This document shows positions 9,322 through 18,736 of a stretch of 64,000 nt of DNA, piece by piece. The DNA lies in contig DASPLK010000002.1 in NCBI GenBank assembly GCA_035627595.1, positions 160,481 through 224,480 on the forward strand, given 5' to 3'. Made by a program: the position numbers and the translations under genes. Under the pieces are notes generated by a model. That model was not told the DNA's origin and did not search any database. It worked only from the letters and a program-made list of their open reading frames with translations. This stretch comes from Minisyncoccota bacterium (GTDB taxonomy: Bacteria > Patescibacteriota > Minisyncoccia > Phycocordibacterales > Phycocordibacteraceae). Numbering within the stretch: position 1 is the stretch's first letter; each line of letters begins with the position of its first letter.

Positions 9322-9951
9322 TTAGCCCCAGGCGTAGGATAGGCGACCTTGAGCAGGCTCTCGCCGCGAGCTAGGCGGCGGATGCTTGCAGGCGGTGAAA
9401 TAGCAGCCTGCGCACAGTAGCGTAAATGCTGCGAGGTAGATCAGGTCGTCAATGAAGATGACCACCTTTCCCCGCAGTATGGAAGCTACAATCCAGCGGA
9501 CTATGTCTAGCTGCACCGTGACCATGTAGCCGAACAGAAGGACTACCCGCATGAAGACGGCAAGATATTGCGGGTCCAGGTAATCCGGAAGACTACCGTA
9601 CGCCGCCATCTTGATGTGGTTCGCCTCAAGTATGGTAGCGACCCGTTTGTAGTGCCGCGTACATCTGAACAGCAGGAACACGAACATCGAGGTGAGCATG
9701 TAATGCACAGTCGTGTACGCGAACCATAAGTGATGCGGGATCAAAATGGCCGAAGTCACAAATAAGCCGGCAGTCAGCAGGAATAAGCCCACCTGAATCG
9801 CACTTGCGCTTATAAGCAGGTACTTTGCGATTGTGTAGTTACCTACGCCCGTGTGTTTAAAGATCGTGATCACGAGCGGTTGGAAAACGCGCATGACCAG
9901 GTACCTGTCCAGGTTCAAGAAGAGCCTGATGAGCCCTATTGGTATGCGCAT
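9322..9951 (-). CDS. Orphan multi-pass membrane protein
   Basis: Hydrophobic 209-aa ORF with GGAGG 7 nt before ATG. Confidence 0.7.
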   Translation of the reverse strand: MRIPIGLIRLFLNLDRYLVMRVFQPLVITIFKHTGVGNYTIAKYLLISASAIQVGLFLLTAGLFVTSAILIPHHLWFAYTTVHYMLTSMFVFLLFRCTRHYKRVATILEANHIKMAAYGSLPDYLDPQYLAVFMRVVLLFGYMVTVQLDIVRWIVASILRGKVVIFIDDLIYLAAFTLLCAGCYFTACKHPPPSSRREPAQGRLSYAWG

Positions 9952-10002
9952 CGTCTAACCTCCGTGTATCAATGCAGACAATATTTAAACACAGAATTGA
10001 GC

Positions 10003-10680
10003 CTAGGTCCAGGCTACAGGCACTTTCCCGTGCTCCTCAAGATACGCATTTGTTCTGCTAAACGGCTTACTCCCAAAGAACCCATTGGCGGCTGAATAAG
10101 GTGACGGGTGCGCTGACTCGATGACCAAGTGCCTCGTTCTATCGATGTGCATCCCCTTTTGCCTCGCATAATTACCCCAGAGTATGAATACGAGATGCTC
10201 CCGCTCATCAGAAAGCTTCTTGATGACCGCGTCGGTAAACTGTTCCCATCCTTTACCTTGATGCGAGCCGGGGGTTTTTGCACGCACAGTAAGGGTGGCA
10301 TTTAGAAGGAGTACGCCCTGCGTAGCCCAGCGCGTAAGATCCCCATTCTTATCTGCAAGCGCCTTCCCGAGATCGCTCTCAAGCTCTTTGAATATATTTT
10401 TGAGCGAGGGAGGGAGTGTTGCTTCCTCCGAGACCGCAAATGACAGCCCAACTGCCTGCTTTTCCCCGTGGTAGGGATCTTGGCCGAGTATGACAACCTT
10501 TACAACATCAAAAGGCGTTAGCTCAAACGCGCGGAAGACATGCTCTGGAAGCGGATATACCTTCCCTTTCCTGTACTCCTCTCGCACAAATGTAGATAAG
10601 TCCTTAAAGTAGGGTTTCTCAAACTCAGCAGATAGCCGCCTTTTCCAGCTCGGCTCGATAGCTATCTCCCTGCTTTCCAT
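10003..10680 (-). CDS. ung: Uracil-DNA glycosylase family 1
   Basis: VKVVILGQDPYH, GVLLLNATLTV, HPSPYS. Confidence 0.97.
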   Translation of the reverse strand: MESREIAIEPSWKRRLSAEFEKPYFKDLSTFVREEYRKGKVYPLPEHVFRAFELTPFDVVKVVILGQDPYHGEKQAVGLSFAVSEEATLPPSLKNIFKELESDLGKALADKNGDLTRWATQGVLLLNATLTVRAKTPGSHQGKGWEQFTDAVIKKLSDEREHLVFILWGNYARQKGMHIDRTRHLVIESAHPSPYSAANGFFGSKPFSRTNAYLEEHGKVPVAWT

Positions 10681-10687
10681 ACAAAAT

Positions 10688-10948
10688 CTAGAGCGCACCT
10701 TCGGCTCTTAGGAGGCGCTCCTTCTCGACGGGTCCTCCGCGATTGTATGCGCCGATCTTTCCGTCTCCACGCACGACTCTATGACATGGAACGGTCGGGT
10801 CGTAGTTCCCTTTCATAACGGTACCGACCGCGCGTGCGGCGCCCGGGCGACCTATCGCTGCTGCAACCTGCCCATATGTACGCGTCTCTCCTTTTGGTAT
10901 ATGGCGAACAGCATCGCGCACAAGGTCTGCAAATGTTACCTGCTTCAT
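10688..10948 (-). CDS. ogt: Single-domain O6-alkylguanine DNA alkyltransferase (MGMT family)
   Basis: TYGQVA, ARAVG, active-site PCHRV. Confidence 0.88.
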   Translation of the reverse strand: MKQVTFADLVRDAVRHIPKGETRTYGQVAAAIGRPGAARAVGTVMKGNYDPTVPCHRVVRGDGKIGAYNRGGPVEKERLLRAEGAL

Positions 10949-10970
10949 AAGCTGAGTATAGCAAAAGGCG

Positions 10971-10997
10971 AAGGGCGGACCGTGGTGGTCCGCCCTT
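10971..10997 (-). terminator. Terminator of the 11006-11236 gene
   Basis: 11-bp stem aagggcggacc/ggtccgccctt. Confidence 0.7.
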
Positions 10998-11005
10998 GTG
11001 AACGG

Positions 11006-11236
11006 TCAGGCGCGCTTTACGCCTGAAAGCCCGCGCATGAACAGCAGTGTGATCAGCACCAGCGCCGCGTAGAGTGTGAGCGATCCCTTCCAGAAAGCGC
11101 TCTCTTCCGAAGCTCCGAGGAACTTCTCGCCGAAGTCATGTAGGAACATGTACGACGAGCCGACGAGCACGAACGATGGGATGATGGCAATCGCCATCGC
11201 TTTCCCAATGCGATTCAGTAAATCAACAAAGGTCAT
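11006..11236 (-). CDS. Orphan two-helix membrane protein
   Basis: Two hydrophobic segments; GGAGGG SD; TTGCAA-16-CACTAT promoter. Confidence 0.7.
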   Translation of the reverse strand: MTFVDLLNRIGKAMAIAIIPSFVLVGSSYMFLHDFGEKFLGASEESAFWKGSLTLYAALVLITLLFMRGLSGVKRA

Positions 11237-11311
11237 CAAACCCTCCAGGATTCTATGGACAGGACATTAGCCTGCGTGGCGCCATAGTGCGCTTATTACA
11301 AAACTTTGCAA

Positions 11312-12088
11312 CTATTTCTTCGCCCGGTGAAGTTCTAGAAGCTTCTTACCGGCGTACTCACGGTACGGACAGTACTGGCAATCCTTTCCTACAGGAGGAA
11401 TATCATCACAATCCAAGCACTCGCGGAGCTTCTTAAGGCACCCCTCTACCCATGAGTCGTCGCCCTCGTACGGAAGGATGGTAACCTCGAATTCGAGCTT
11501 GCCGTCGAATGCCTTCCTATCGTTCTGACCATTTGCGTATACGAAGTACGCGGTGTTCGAGACATCGAAGCCGTTCTTCCTAAACAGATACTGATATATC
11601 TCCACCTGGCGCTTGTACGAGTCCTTCCACTCGTCATCGAGCGTAACCGTGTCCTTTCCGGCAGTCGCCTTGTAGTCGACGATGTAGACCTTCCCGTCCT
11701 TGTCCTGCCAGATGTCATCAATACCCCCGCGAAGCGTAAGGTTCAGCTCTGGATGCGCATATTTGATGCCGCGCTTAAAGGCATCACGCCACTCTTCAAG
11801 ATCCTTGTGCTTAAGCGGGACCATGTCGATGCCATAGGTCTTCATCAGCGGATGCGCTTCGCCGTTCGCGCGGTACACATCGAACTCGCGCTTAAAGAGC
11901 TCGTCTACGGCGTTGTTGAGGGTAAATGGGAATGAGTCAGGACGGCCGATGCCGTATCGAGCCTCGAGCCAGAAGCAGCGGGCGCATTCCTGGTAGCGCT
12001 CTACCTTCGAACGTGAGATAACGTACGGTTCCTTTTGATTCGGAGAGAAACGTCCTTTCTCCCATTTGAGCTTGTATGGAAATGCCAT
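11312..12088 (-). CDS. PD-(D/E)XK nuclease, RecB/Cas4-like
   Basis: ECARC near N-terminus, GGIDD...IVDYK, Y..Q...Y, CQYCPY at C-terminus. Confidence 0.85.
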   Translation of the reverse strand: MAFPYKLKWEKGRFSPNQKEPYVISRSKVERYQECARCFWLEARYGIGRPDSFPFTLNNAVDELFKREFDVYRANGEAHPLMKTYGIDMVPLKHKDLEEWRDAFKRGIKYAHPELNLTLRGGIDDIWQDKDGKVYIVDYKATAGKDTVTLDDEWKDSYKRQVEIYQYLFRKNGFDVSNTAYFVYANGQNDRKAFDGKLEFEVTILPYEGDDSWVEGCLKKLRECLDCDDIPPVGKDCQYCPYREYAGKKLLELHRAKK

Positions 12089-12092
12089 ATCC

Positions 12093-12935
12093 CTAGTGTA
12101 CCGCAACTGACTGGCAGAGCGCTTCTGCTTCGGCAATGACTGCACCGATACGCTCCGGGCTCATGGTAAGTTTCCGCATCGCATCACGGTTCTCTCTTAG
12201 CATTTGGCATGTGACTATGCCCTGGTCTATCAAAAGACGCTTCTCGCTCTTTCTAAGAAGCGTGAGGGCGGTTATGGGGTAGAGACCAGAAGCGACAATG
12301 CGGTCATAAAGGTTCCCTTCATGCGGGTAGCTCCAACCAAGAAGCCCGAGTCCGGAGCACTTTGCGTATTGCACCGCCTGGCTCGTGAATTTAGTGTTCG
12401 TGATGAGCATTCCCGTAGATACCGGGCAAGTCAGCTTTTGAGCGGGATCGCAGGCAAATATGTCATCGAATCGCGCCTTCACATAGAGCGCCACCTTTAC
12501 ATCTGTCTTGTATCCAGGATCGTTGTGGTATTTCAGCTCGGCGCCAAGGTACTCCTCTCCCCGGGTCGCGTACACATCTACCTCGTGTGATATGCACTTA
12601 CCCGGGATCATCTGTCGTCCCTCTACGACCCATCCTTCAGCCTTGAATATCTCTGCGACAAAGTCTTCAAATGGATGTCCGGAAGGCCCAAACTCAAAGA
12701 GCGCCCGGCGGAGGCTGTAGCGGGCTGCCGCGGTCCTCGCATCGTGCCGAAGCATCTGGAACGCACGACGATATATCTCGTTCGTCATCGCGCCGGGCGC
12801 GATGGTGCTCTCAATCGTGTGCCGGATGCGCTTGGCCGTACGCTCGGTTGCACCTGCTTTTTTAAGGGATGACTCGAGCTTTGCGCCGTCAAAGGGCTCT
12901 ACTGTTCCGTCTGTCTTAACAATGTTCGGTCCCAT
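12093..12935 (-). CDS. ATP-cone + restriction-endonuclease-like protein
   Basis: IVKTDGTVEPFDGAKLESSL (ATP cone); FEDFVAEIF, EVDV...AELK, ITNTKFT (Mrr-like). Confidence 0.82.
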   Translation of the reverse strand: MGPNIVKTDGTVEPFDGAKLESSLKKAGATERTAKRIRHTIESTIAPGAMTNEIYRRAFQMLRHDARTAAARYSLRRALFEFGPSGHPFEDFVAEIFKAEGWVVEGRQMIPGKCISHEVDVYATRGEEYLGAELKYHNDPGYKTDVKVALYVKARFDDIFACDPAQKLTCPVSTGMLITNTKFTSQAVQYAKCSGLGLLGWSYPHEGNLYDRIVASGLYPITALTLLRKSEKRLLIDQGIVTCQMLRENRDAMRKLTMSPERIGAVIAEAEALCQSVAVH

Positions 12936-12936
12936 A

Positions 12937-13380
12937 CTACAGTGCGTCACCTCCCTGCGGGAGCCCGTTAACGAATACCTCCATGCGCACTGCCTCTGGA
13001 CCCTCTACCTCTAGGGTAAATGTGCGCTCCTCTGGCACCTCAAGGCAGATGCCCTCATCATGCTCGGAAGTGACATCAATACGGATAAGCGCCGGTGATA
13101 GCGTCTCATCGAGTGTCGCGATGGTATCAAGTCGTTGGCAGCGGTTACGGAGTGTCACCGCACCCTCTATGGTGTGTACGCCGTCCAAGTAGGTTGATGA
13201 GATGGATACAGGAAGCGCTGGCGTCTCAAATGTTTCTCGCTCCACCGGCGCCACTGCCGGTCGGAAGTATAAAAGTGCAGCAAACGCCGCAAGAACGATG
13301 AGCGCGCCTGCGGTAAGGGAGAGATGCGTACGAGGCCTAAGTTCCTTCCACGCGGCCATGAGATTTCCTATGAAGCGCAT
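12937..13380 (-). CDS. Membrane-anchored hypothetical protein with Cys pair
   Basis: N-terminal TM helix, tightly packed between mnmA and ATP-cone gene. Confidence 0.7.
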   Translation of the reverse strand: MRFIGNLMAAWKELRPRTHLSLTAGALIVLAAFAALLYFRPAVAPVERETFETPALPVSISSTYLDGVHTIEGAVTLRNRCQRLDTIATLDETLSPALIRIDVTSEHDEGICLEVPEERTFTLEVEGPEAVRMEVFVNGLPQGGDAL

Positions 13381-13382
13381 GC

Positions 13383-14411
13383 TTAGAGCATGATACCACC
13401 CCCATGGCAGCGGTCTTTGGTGTAGAGGACTAACGACTGCCCCGGTGCCAGCGGCTCTGTGCCTTCTTCGGGCGTGAAGGTATTCTCTTTTGCATTCAAG
13501 TACCCCCGTACGATGGGACCATGGTATCGGTACTGTGCTTCGTATACGCCATCCACCATTTGTGTGTGCCAGTTTGTTTCAGAAAGACGTATGGTGCGAC
13601 TCACATGTTCCTTATCAAGCTGCTTTGCAACTACAAGCACATTCTCCTGCATGTCCTTTCGCACCACGTACCAGGGACCAGGTGCTGCCCCGGCAAGTGC
13701 GATACGCTCGCCGAGCGTATGGAGCGTGGCCCCTTTGTGCATGCCTACTTTCTTGCCCTCCTCGTCTATGGCTATACCCTCTGTGCTTCCGAACTCGCTG
13801 CGAAGAAAATCCTCAACTGAAATGTTTCCCAGAAAGCAGATGCCCTGACTATCTCGTTTATCGGCGACCGGTAGTTTAAAGCGCCTAGCAAGATTACGCA
13901 CCTCATCCTTCTTAAGCCCGCCTACCGGAAGGAGCGTGTGTGCGATTGCATCCTGCGGCACCGCCCATAGGAAATAGCTCTGATCCTTATCCTCGTCTAT
14001 GCCACGTAGGAGGACGCCGCTCTCGCTCCTTGCGTAGTGTCCGGTCGCGATATAGTCCGCACCGCTTTCCTTCGCATAGGTGTAAAACGCGCCGAATTTA
14101 ACCTCGCGATTGCACATCACATCTGGGTTAGGCGTTCTGCCAGCCTGGTACTCACGAAGCAGGTAATCGATGACACCTCGCTTGTATTCGTCACTCGCAT
14201 CAAGCGTTATAAACGGTATCCCAAGACGTGCTGCTACACGCATCGCATCTCTACGGTCTGCTGCCCAGGTACAGGGCATGCCTGGTGGGTACCAGCCCTT
14301 TATGAATACCCCTGTCACTTCAGCACCTGCCTTAACAAGGAGCGCAGCCGTTACGGCAGAGTCTACTCCGCCTGAAAGACCCGCATAGACGCGCTTCCCT
14401 TTCACATTCAT
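13383..14411 (-). CDS. mnmA: tRNA 2-thiouridylase
   Basis: GLSGGVDS, TPNPDVMCNREVKFG, ATGHYA, KDQSYFL, DSQGICF. Confidence 0.97.
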   Translation of the reverse strand: MNVKGKRVYAGLSGGVDSAVTAALLVKAGAEVTGVFIKGWYPPGMPCTWAADRRDAMRVAARLGIPFITLDASDEYKRGVIDYLLREYQAGRTPNPDVMCNREVKFGAFYTYAKESGADYIATGHYARSESGVLLRGIDEDKDQSYFLWAVPQDAIAHTLLPVGGLKKDEVRNLARRFKLPVADKRDSQGICFLGNISVEDFLRSEFGSTEGIAIDEEGKKVGMHKGATLHTLGERIALAGAAPGPWYVVRKDMQENVLVVAKQLDKEHVSRTIRLSETNWHTQMVDGVYEAQYRYHGPIVRGYLNAKENTFTPEEGTEPLAPGQSLVLYTKDRCHGGGIML

Positions 14412-14429
14412 GCCCACTGTATAGCACAC

Positions 14430-15434
14430 CTAGTCGAGATAGAGCTCGCGGTTGCCCTTATGCTCGTCAAACGTGCGTGCGTAGTACATGAGCCCGTCCC
14501 GTCCAGTAAGGTAATAGAAATACTCGCTCTCCGTAGGGTTGAGCGCCGCATCAAGAGCGTCGATTCCCGGATTTGCTATAGGACCCGGCGGCAGGCCACG
14601 GTTCTCATACGTGTTGTACGGAGAATCGATATCGAGATCCTCTCCGGTAGGTGCATAGCCGGAGCGGTTGAGGATATAGCCGAATACCGCATCCACCTGA
14701 AGGGGCATGCCTACCTCCAAGCGGTTCCAGAGAATGCCTGAGACCATGCGACGGTCTTCCGCAGTGTCAGCCTCCTTTTCGATGAGGGACGCTAGAGTGA
14801 CCACGTCAGTAAACGGAATACCGCGCTCTTCCGCCGCCTGCTGTAAGGCACGCGTTCTATCAGTAAAGGTCTCTTGAAGGCGTGCAAGAACGCTTTGGGG
14901 CGTGGTGCCCGGATCAATAAAATACGTATCCGGGAACAGGTATCCTTCAAATGGTGTTGCAAGAGTCGTAAACAGCTTGGCATCAAACATAGGAAGCGCA
15001 GCGGCTAGCGCGTCTCCCATCTCGCGCGCATTCATGCCCTCTGTAAGTGTGATGCGGATGGATTCTATGCCGCGCTCGCCATCTTTGATGCGTGATGCGA
15101 CTTCTAGCATATTTAGCGGCTCAGCGAAGTAGTAGGTCCCAGCATGTACCTCCCGGTCCGCTCCTGTAAGGCGCATCCATATGTGGAATAGAAGCGACGA
15201 GCGTATTACCTGCTCCTGCTCAAGCGAGGCAGCAAGCACAGATACCGGCACGCCCGCAGGTACATCGATAAGTGAGTCAGTCGGAAATGCTGAAGGTGCC
15301 GAGACAAGCAAGTGCCAGCAGATGGAAGTGATGAAGATCAGTGCTGCAATAGCGCAGGCAAGAAGTCGCAATAGAAGGGGCGTAGAGCGTAGATACCCCA
15401 ACAGAATATGGATTGCCGTCTGGAACCGCTCCAT
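14430..15434 (-). CDS. mltG: Endolytic transglycosylase MltG, copy 1
   Basis: EGYLFPDTY, LASLIEKE, MPLQVDA, SPYNTY..GLPPGPIANPG. Confidence 0.93.
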   Translation of the reverse strand: MERFQTAIHILLGYLRSTPLLLRLLACAIAALIFITSICWHLLVSAPSAFPTDSLIDVPAGVPVSVLAASLEQEQVIRSSLLFHIWMRLTGADREVHAGTYYFAEPLNMLEVASRIKDGERGIESIRITLTEGMNAREMGDALAAALPMFDAKLFTTLATPFEGYLFPDTYFIDPGTTPQSVLARLQETFTDRTRALQQAAEERGIPFTDVVTLASLIEKEADTAEDRRMVSGILWNRLEVGMPLQVDAVFGYILNRSGYAPTGEDLDIDSPYNTYENRGLPPGPIANPGIDALDAALNPTESEYFYYLTGRDGLMYYARTFDEHKGNRELYLD

Positions 15435-15436
15435 GG

Positions 15437-16828
15437 TTATACAGGAAGATTCGATGGAGCGCCGGAGGTGGTGGACTGGATGCGCGGTAAGCTCGGTGTT
15501 GCGACAGTCGCGCTTGGAACATGGAAGAGAGTCGCTAGTTCCTCGGTGCTCATGACATTCCACTTTGCCTTGTACGGGCTGTGGAAGAACTGTCTGCGGC
15601 GCCACGCATCAACCATGAGGTGCATGGTGTGCGCCTGGTGGTGCCCATGCGGATCTTCCCAAGGATATTCCATGTACTTGTTAGACCAGTCCGGCATGAC
15701 GTTCAGACTGTTCCAACCTTCAGAGACGAATGGTTTCCAAAGGTTAACCAGGAATCCTCCCACGATGCCCTGGTAATGCTCCTTAGGTGCTGTATAAAGC
15801 GCTCGGATGCCAGTATCAAATGCGAGCTTACCGGAATTGCGCTCGTACGCAGCAATGGTCTCAGTCTGACCCTTGGTCGGGTTCGGAAACGCGCGTACTT
15901 TGATGGTTCTGCCAGATACAGGATCGACCTGCTCGGTCTCGCCAACGGCTTCCTTTCGAAGCTTTGCTATCTGCTCGAGCGCCGCGTCCTTCCATGTGTA
16001 ATCTTTACCGTCCGGCTTTTTCTTGTTGTATGTCTCGCCCTTGTGCGTTCTGATTGTTATCTGCACCCACAGCTGTTCGTGCGGTCCGAGCGATCCTAGA
16101 AGCTCGATGAGCTGCGCAAGAGGGTCAATCTGTTCTTCTGGCTTCTGCGGCTTATCAAGACCGAACTCTACGTATGTTCGGATTGGAAGCGGAAGCGGCT
16201 TTGACTTCAAATACTCGAAGCCGACCATCTGGTTTGGCTCATGGGAAGGGTCGATAAGGCGGCTGTAGTCCTCGACCTCGATAATCTCTGCGCCTGGATA
16301 CTGTGCATAGAACGCGCTCTCTATAGCGCGTCGGAAGCCATCACGCGTCCATACGTAAAAGTGTACTTGGCCACCCAACGATACGATCTCAAACGAGTAC
16401 CATGCACGAACTTGACCGAGCACGATTCGCTTCCACCACGTCGCTTCGCCAAGTCCAAGATGCAGCGCTGAGAAGACCGATTCCATCGCAGCCGGTGTCT
16501 TCATCGTATCGCGTGGAAGTCGGAGCTCAAGGAGTACATGCTTCTGGCGCGCAATATATGCAGCGCGATTAGCGGTTAGGTACTGGAAAAAGGTCCACTT
16601 CCAGAGAATGATGGGCAGCCACAAAGGCGCAAAGAACAAGAGGAACGAGAAATTCCTGAGGGTTTGTGCAGGTGACATGAACAGGAATACGACGGTCATC
16701 ACCACAAACGCGATGATAATGGGCCGTGCCTCTAGGTGAAGACCACCGGTCTCGTGTCCCGAGTGCATCCAGTGTTCGATCGCATGTAGTCCCGGGAGAC
16801 CGCCGCCTCCGTGTTCTCCGCTCGACAT
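15437..16828 (-). CDS. Hypothetical membrane protein with His-rich ends
   Basis: Two N-terminal TM helices, SFEIVS..G.V.FYVW, FYAQYPGAEI.EVEDY, EELATLFHVP. Confidence 0.8.
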   Translation of the reverse strand: MSSGEHGGGGLPGLHAIEHWMHSGHETGGLHLEARPIIIAFVVMTVVFLFMSPAQTLRNFSFLLFFAPLWLPIILWKWTFFQYLTANRAAYIARQKHVLLELRLPRDTMKTPAAMESVFSALHLGLGEATWWKRIVLGQVRAWYSFEIVSLGGQVHFYVWTRDGFRRAIESAFYAQYPGAEIIEVEDYSRLIDPSHEPNQMVGFEYLKSKPLPLPIRTYVEFGLDKPQKPEEQIDPLAQLIELLGSLGPHEQLWVQITIRTHKGETYNKKKPDGKDYTWKDAALEQIAKLRKEAVGETEQVDPVSGRTIKVRAFPNPTKGQTETIAAYERNSGKLAFDTGIRALYTAPKEHYQGIVGGFLVNLWKPFVSEGWNSLNVMPDWSNKYMEYPWEDPHGHHQAHTMHLMVDAWRRRQFFHSPYKAKWNVMSTEELATLFHVPSATVATPSLPRIQSTTSGAPSNLPV

Positions 16829-16852
16829 GCCTCAAGTATAGCAAGCATAAAC

Positions 16853-16880
16853 AAGACACCGCCCTTTCGGGCGGTGTCTT
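16853..16880 (-). terminator. Intrinsic terminator
   Basis: 12-bp stem aagacaccgccc/gggcggtgtctt with GAAA loop on minus strand. Confidence 0.8.
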
Positions 16881-16886
16881 CGTGGA

Positions 16887-17978
16887 TTAGATGACGGTAT
16901 AGGTTCCGTCCTTTCCGCGCTTGAAGTGTTTCGGGTCGTTCAAGTTTACGAGGATGGTGTTGTCTTTCACATAGCGCACCTTCTTCACCTCTTCAATGAC
17001 CTGCTCGCGCGTCATTGAACCATTTCTGCGGATGACATCCTTGATGACATCGCGAACGACGCCAGGCTGGTAGCCCCATTCCTTAAGTGCGTAAAGTCCG
17101 CGACCTACAAGAACAAAACGCTCGTCCTTGATGAGCTCGTTGTGCGTAGTAGCAACATGTGCCTCCTTGGCAAACAAACTACCGATAGCTTTGGCAACAT
17201 CAGAGAAGTGCATTGGCTGGCCGTTACGCTTTATAACGAGGTACGCGTAATCGCGAATGCCCTTCGTACGTATGGTCGGCGAGGTGGCCTTGCCCCACTC
17301 TGAAAGCGGATTTGATGCAATGGTTTTGGAAAGAGAGAGCCAACGCTTCAGAATTTCTTCGTCCTGATACGCATCGTTCACATCCTTCAGCTCCTCGAGG
17401 AATCGCTCGATAATAGCGCCCTCCTCAAGCACCTCGTCATCAGAAAGAGAAGAATAGAGGCGAGAAAGCGCCTGATGAACGGCTTCGGCAGTGCCAGAAT
17501 CCACATGCCAGCGTGCATAGAAATGATCGGTCTCGCGCTCGCGGAAGAACGCGCTACCAACGACAAGTAGGAAGCGCACGCGGTTGCGACTCTTCTCGTC
17601 GTTTGCGAGGGAGCCAAGAAGCTCTTCCTCATGGACGATGCCGCCCATAGACTTTATACGGTCGCAAAGCTCGTTAAATGCGTTCTCCGCGTCCTCGAAC
17701 GCCTTACTGGTGCGGATAGCTTCTATGCCGGCAGCTTCGATCTGGCGAACACGCTCGCGGGTGATGCCCCAGCGCTCGCCGATAGCCTCAAGCGTCTCGC
17801 GCTCTGCAGAGGTACCGAGTCCAAAGCGAAATACAAGAACCTCGCGAGCTCGCTCAGGAACCTCAGCGAGAAGGCGCTTTACAAGCGTCGCGGTATCAAA
17901 GGAAAGCGAACCTGCGCCTGCCTTTTTGGCAGGTGCTTTTTTGCCCGCGGAACCCTTTTTAGCGACCTTCTTTGGCAT
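16887..17978 (-). CDS. Sigma70 region-4 HTH + winged-HTH protein
   Basis: REVLVFRFGL...TLEAIGERWGITRERVRQIE; C-terminal TTHNELIKDERFVLVGRGLYALKEW. Confidence 0.82.
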   Translation of the reverse strand: MPKKVAKKGSAGKKAPAKKAGAGSLSFDTATLVKRLLAEVPERAREVLVFRFGLGTSAERETLEAIGERWGITRERVRQIEAAGIEAIRTSKAFEDAENAFNELCDRIKSMGGIVHEEELLGSLANDEKSRNRVRFLLVVGSAFFRERETDHFYARWHVDSGTAEAVHQALSRLYSSLSDDEVLEEGAIIERFLEELKDVNDAYQDEEILKRWLSLSKTIASNPLSEWGKATSPTIRTKGIRDYAYLVIKRNGQPMHFSDVAKAIGSLFAKEAHVATTHNELIKDERFVLVGRGLYALKEWGYQPGVVRDVIKDVIRRNGSMTREQVIEEVKKVRYVKDNTILVNLNDPKHFKRGKDGTYTVI

Positions 17979-18035
17979 ATTTATTAGCAGTTAGTCAATT
18001 ACTTATACCAGATAGCTCAAATATAGTCAAACCCA

Positions 18036-18707
18036 TTACCGGTGCATATCTGCAGAGGCTGGAAGAGTCAAAAGAAGGTGCTCAAATATAGGTTTTATGG
18101 GCGCTGAAGAGTCGTGGAGGATCTTGGTGAGTATGACGAGGTCAGCGAGAATACCCTCTTTCATGAAGGCTTCATTTTTGCGGAGCTCTCGTGTGAGGCT
18201 TTGGGCGAGTTCTAACGCCTCACGCCTACCTTCCCTCTTTTCTTCTTGCTTATCCGAACGCGTTCGGTCATAGAGCTTATCGAGGTACTTCTTGCGTTCA
18301 GGCTGCGTGAGAGCAAGAAATAGCGCGCCCGTTCCGCTCTCCTCACTTGTTCCAGGTAGCGGCGTAAGGCGCGACCGGAGCGTCGGAAGAATGGTCCCTT
18401 CCGACGGCACTACAAGAAACAGCGTCGTGCCGACTGGCGGTTCCTCGAAAAGCTTGAGCATCGCATTCTGCGCCTCGTGGAAGAGGCGTGATGCGGACAA
18501 AATGACTGCTCGGCGCGTGCCCTGGGTCGGAGCAGCGTATGCATCCTGCGCAAAGTCGCGAACATCATCGATCGTGAAGTTCGTATAACGTAGAACGGTT
18601 AGATTCGCAGCGTCTGATGCTGCGAGATTCAACTCCCTTTCAGAAAATTCCGTTGCGTGGGAGACACCTTGCTCGAGATCACCCGTTAGGAGGTATGCGT
18701 GTGCCAT
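18036..18707 (-). CDS. holB: DNA polymerase III delta-prime-like protein (short)
   Basis: HAYLLTG, IDDVR, EAQNAMLKLFEEPP, ILPTLRSR. Confidence 0.8.
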   Translation of the reverse strand: MAHAYLLTGDLEQGVSHATEFSERELNLAASDAANLTVLRYTNFTIDDVRDFAQDAYAAPTQGTRRAVILSASRLFHEAQNAMLKLFEEPPVGTTLFLVVPSEGTILPTLRSRLTPLPGTSEESGTGALFLALTQPERKKYLDKLYDRTRSDKQEEKREGRREALELAQSLTRELRKNEAFMKEGILADLVILTKILHDSSAPIKPIFEHLLLTLPASADMHR

Positions 18708-18736
18708 TTATAGATAGTATCTCACTACCGATAACA

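Noticed and set aside
11312-12088. CRISPR-Cas locus
   Set aside because: No repeat-spacer array or other cas genes in the window.
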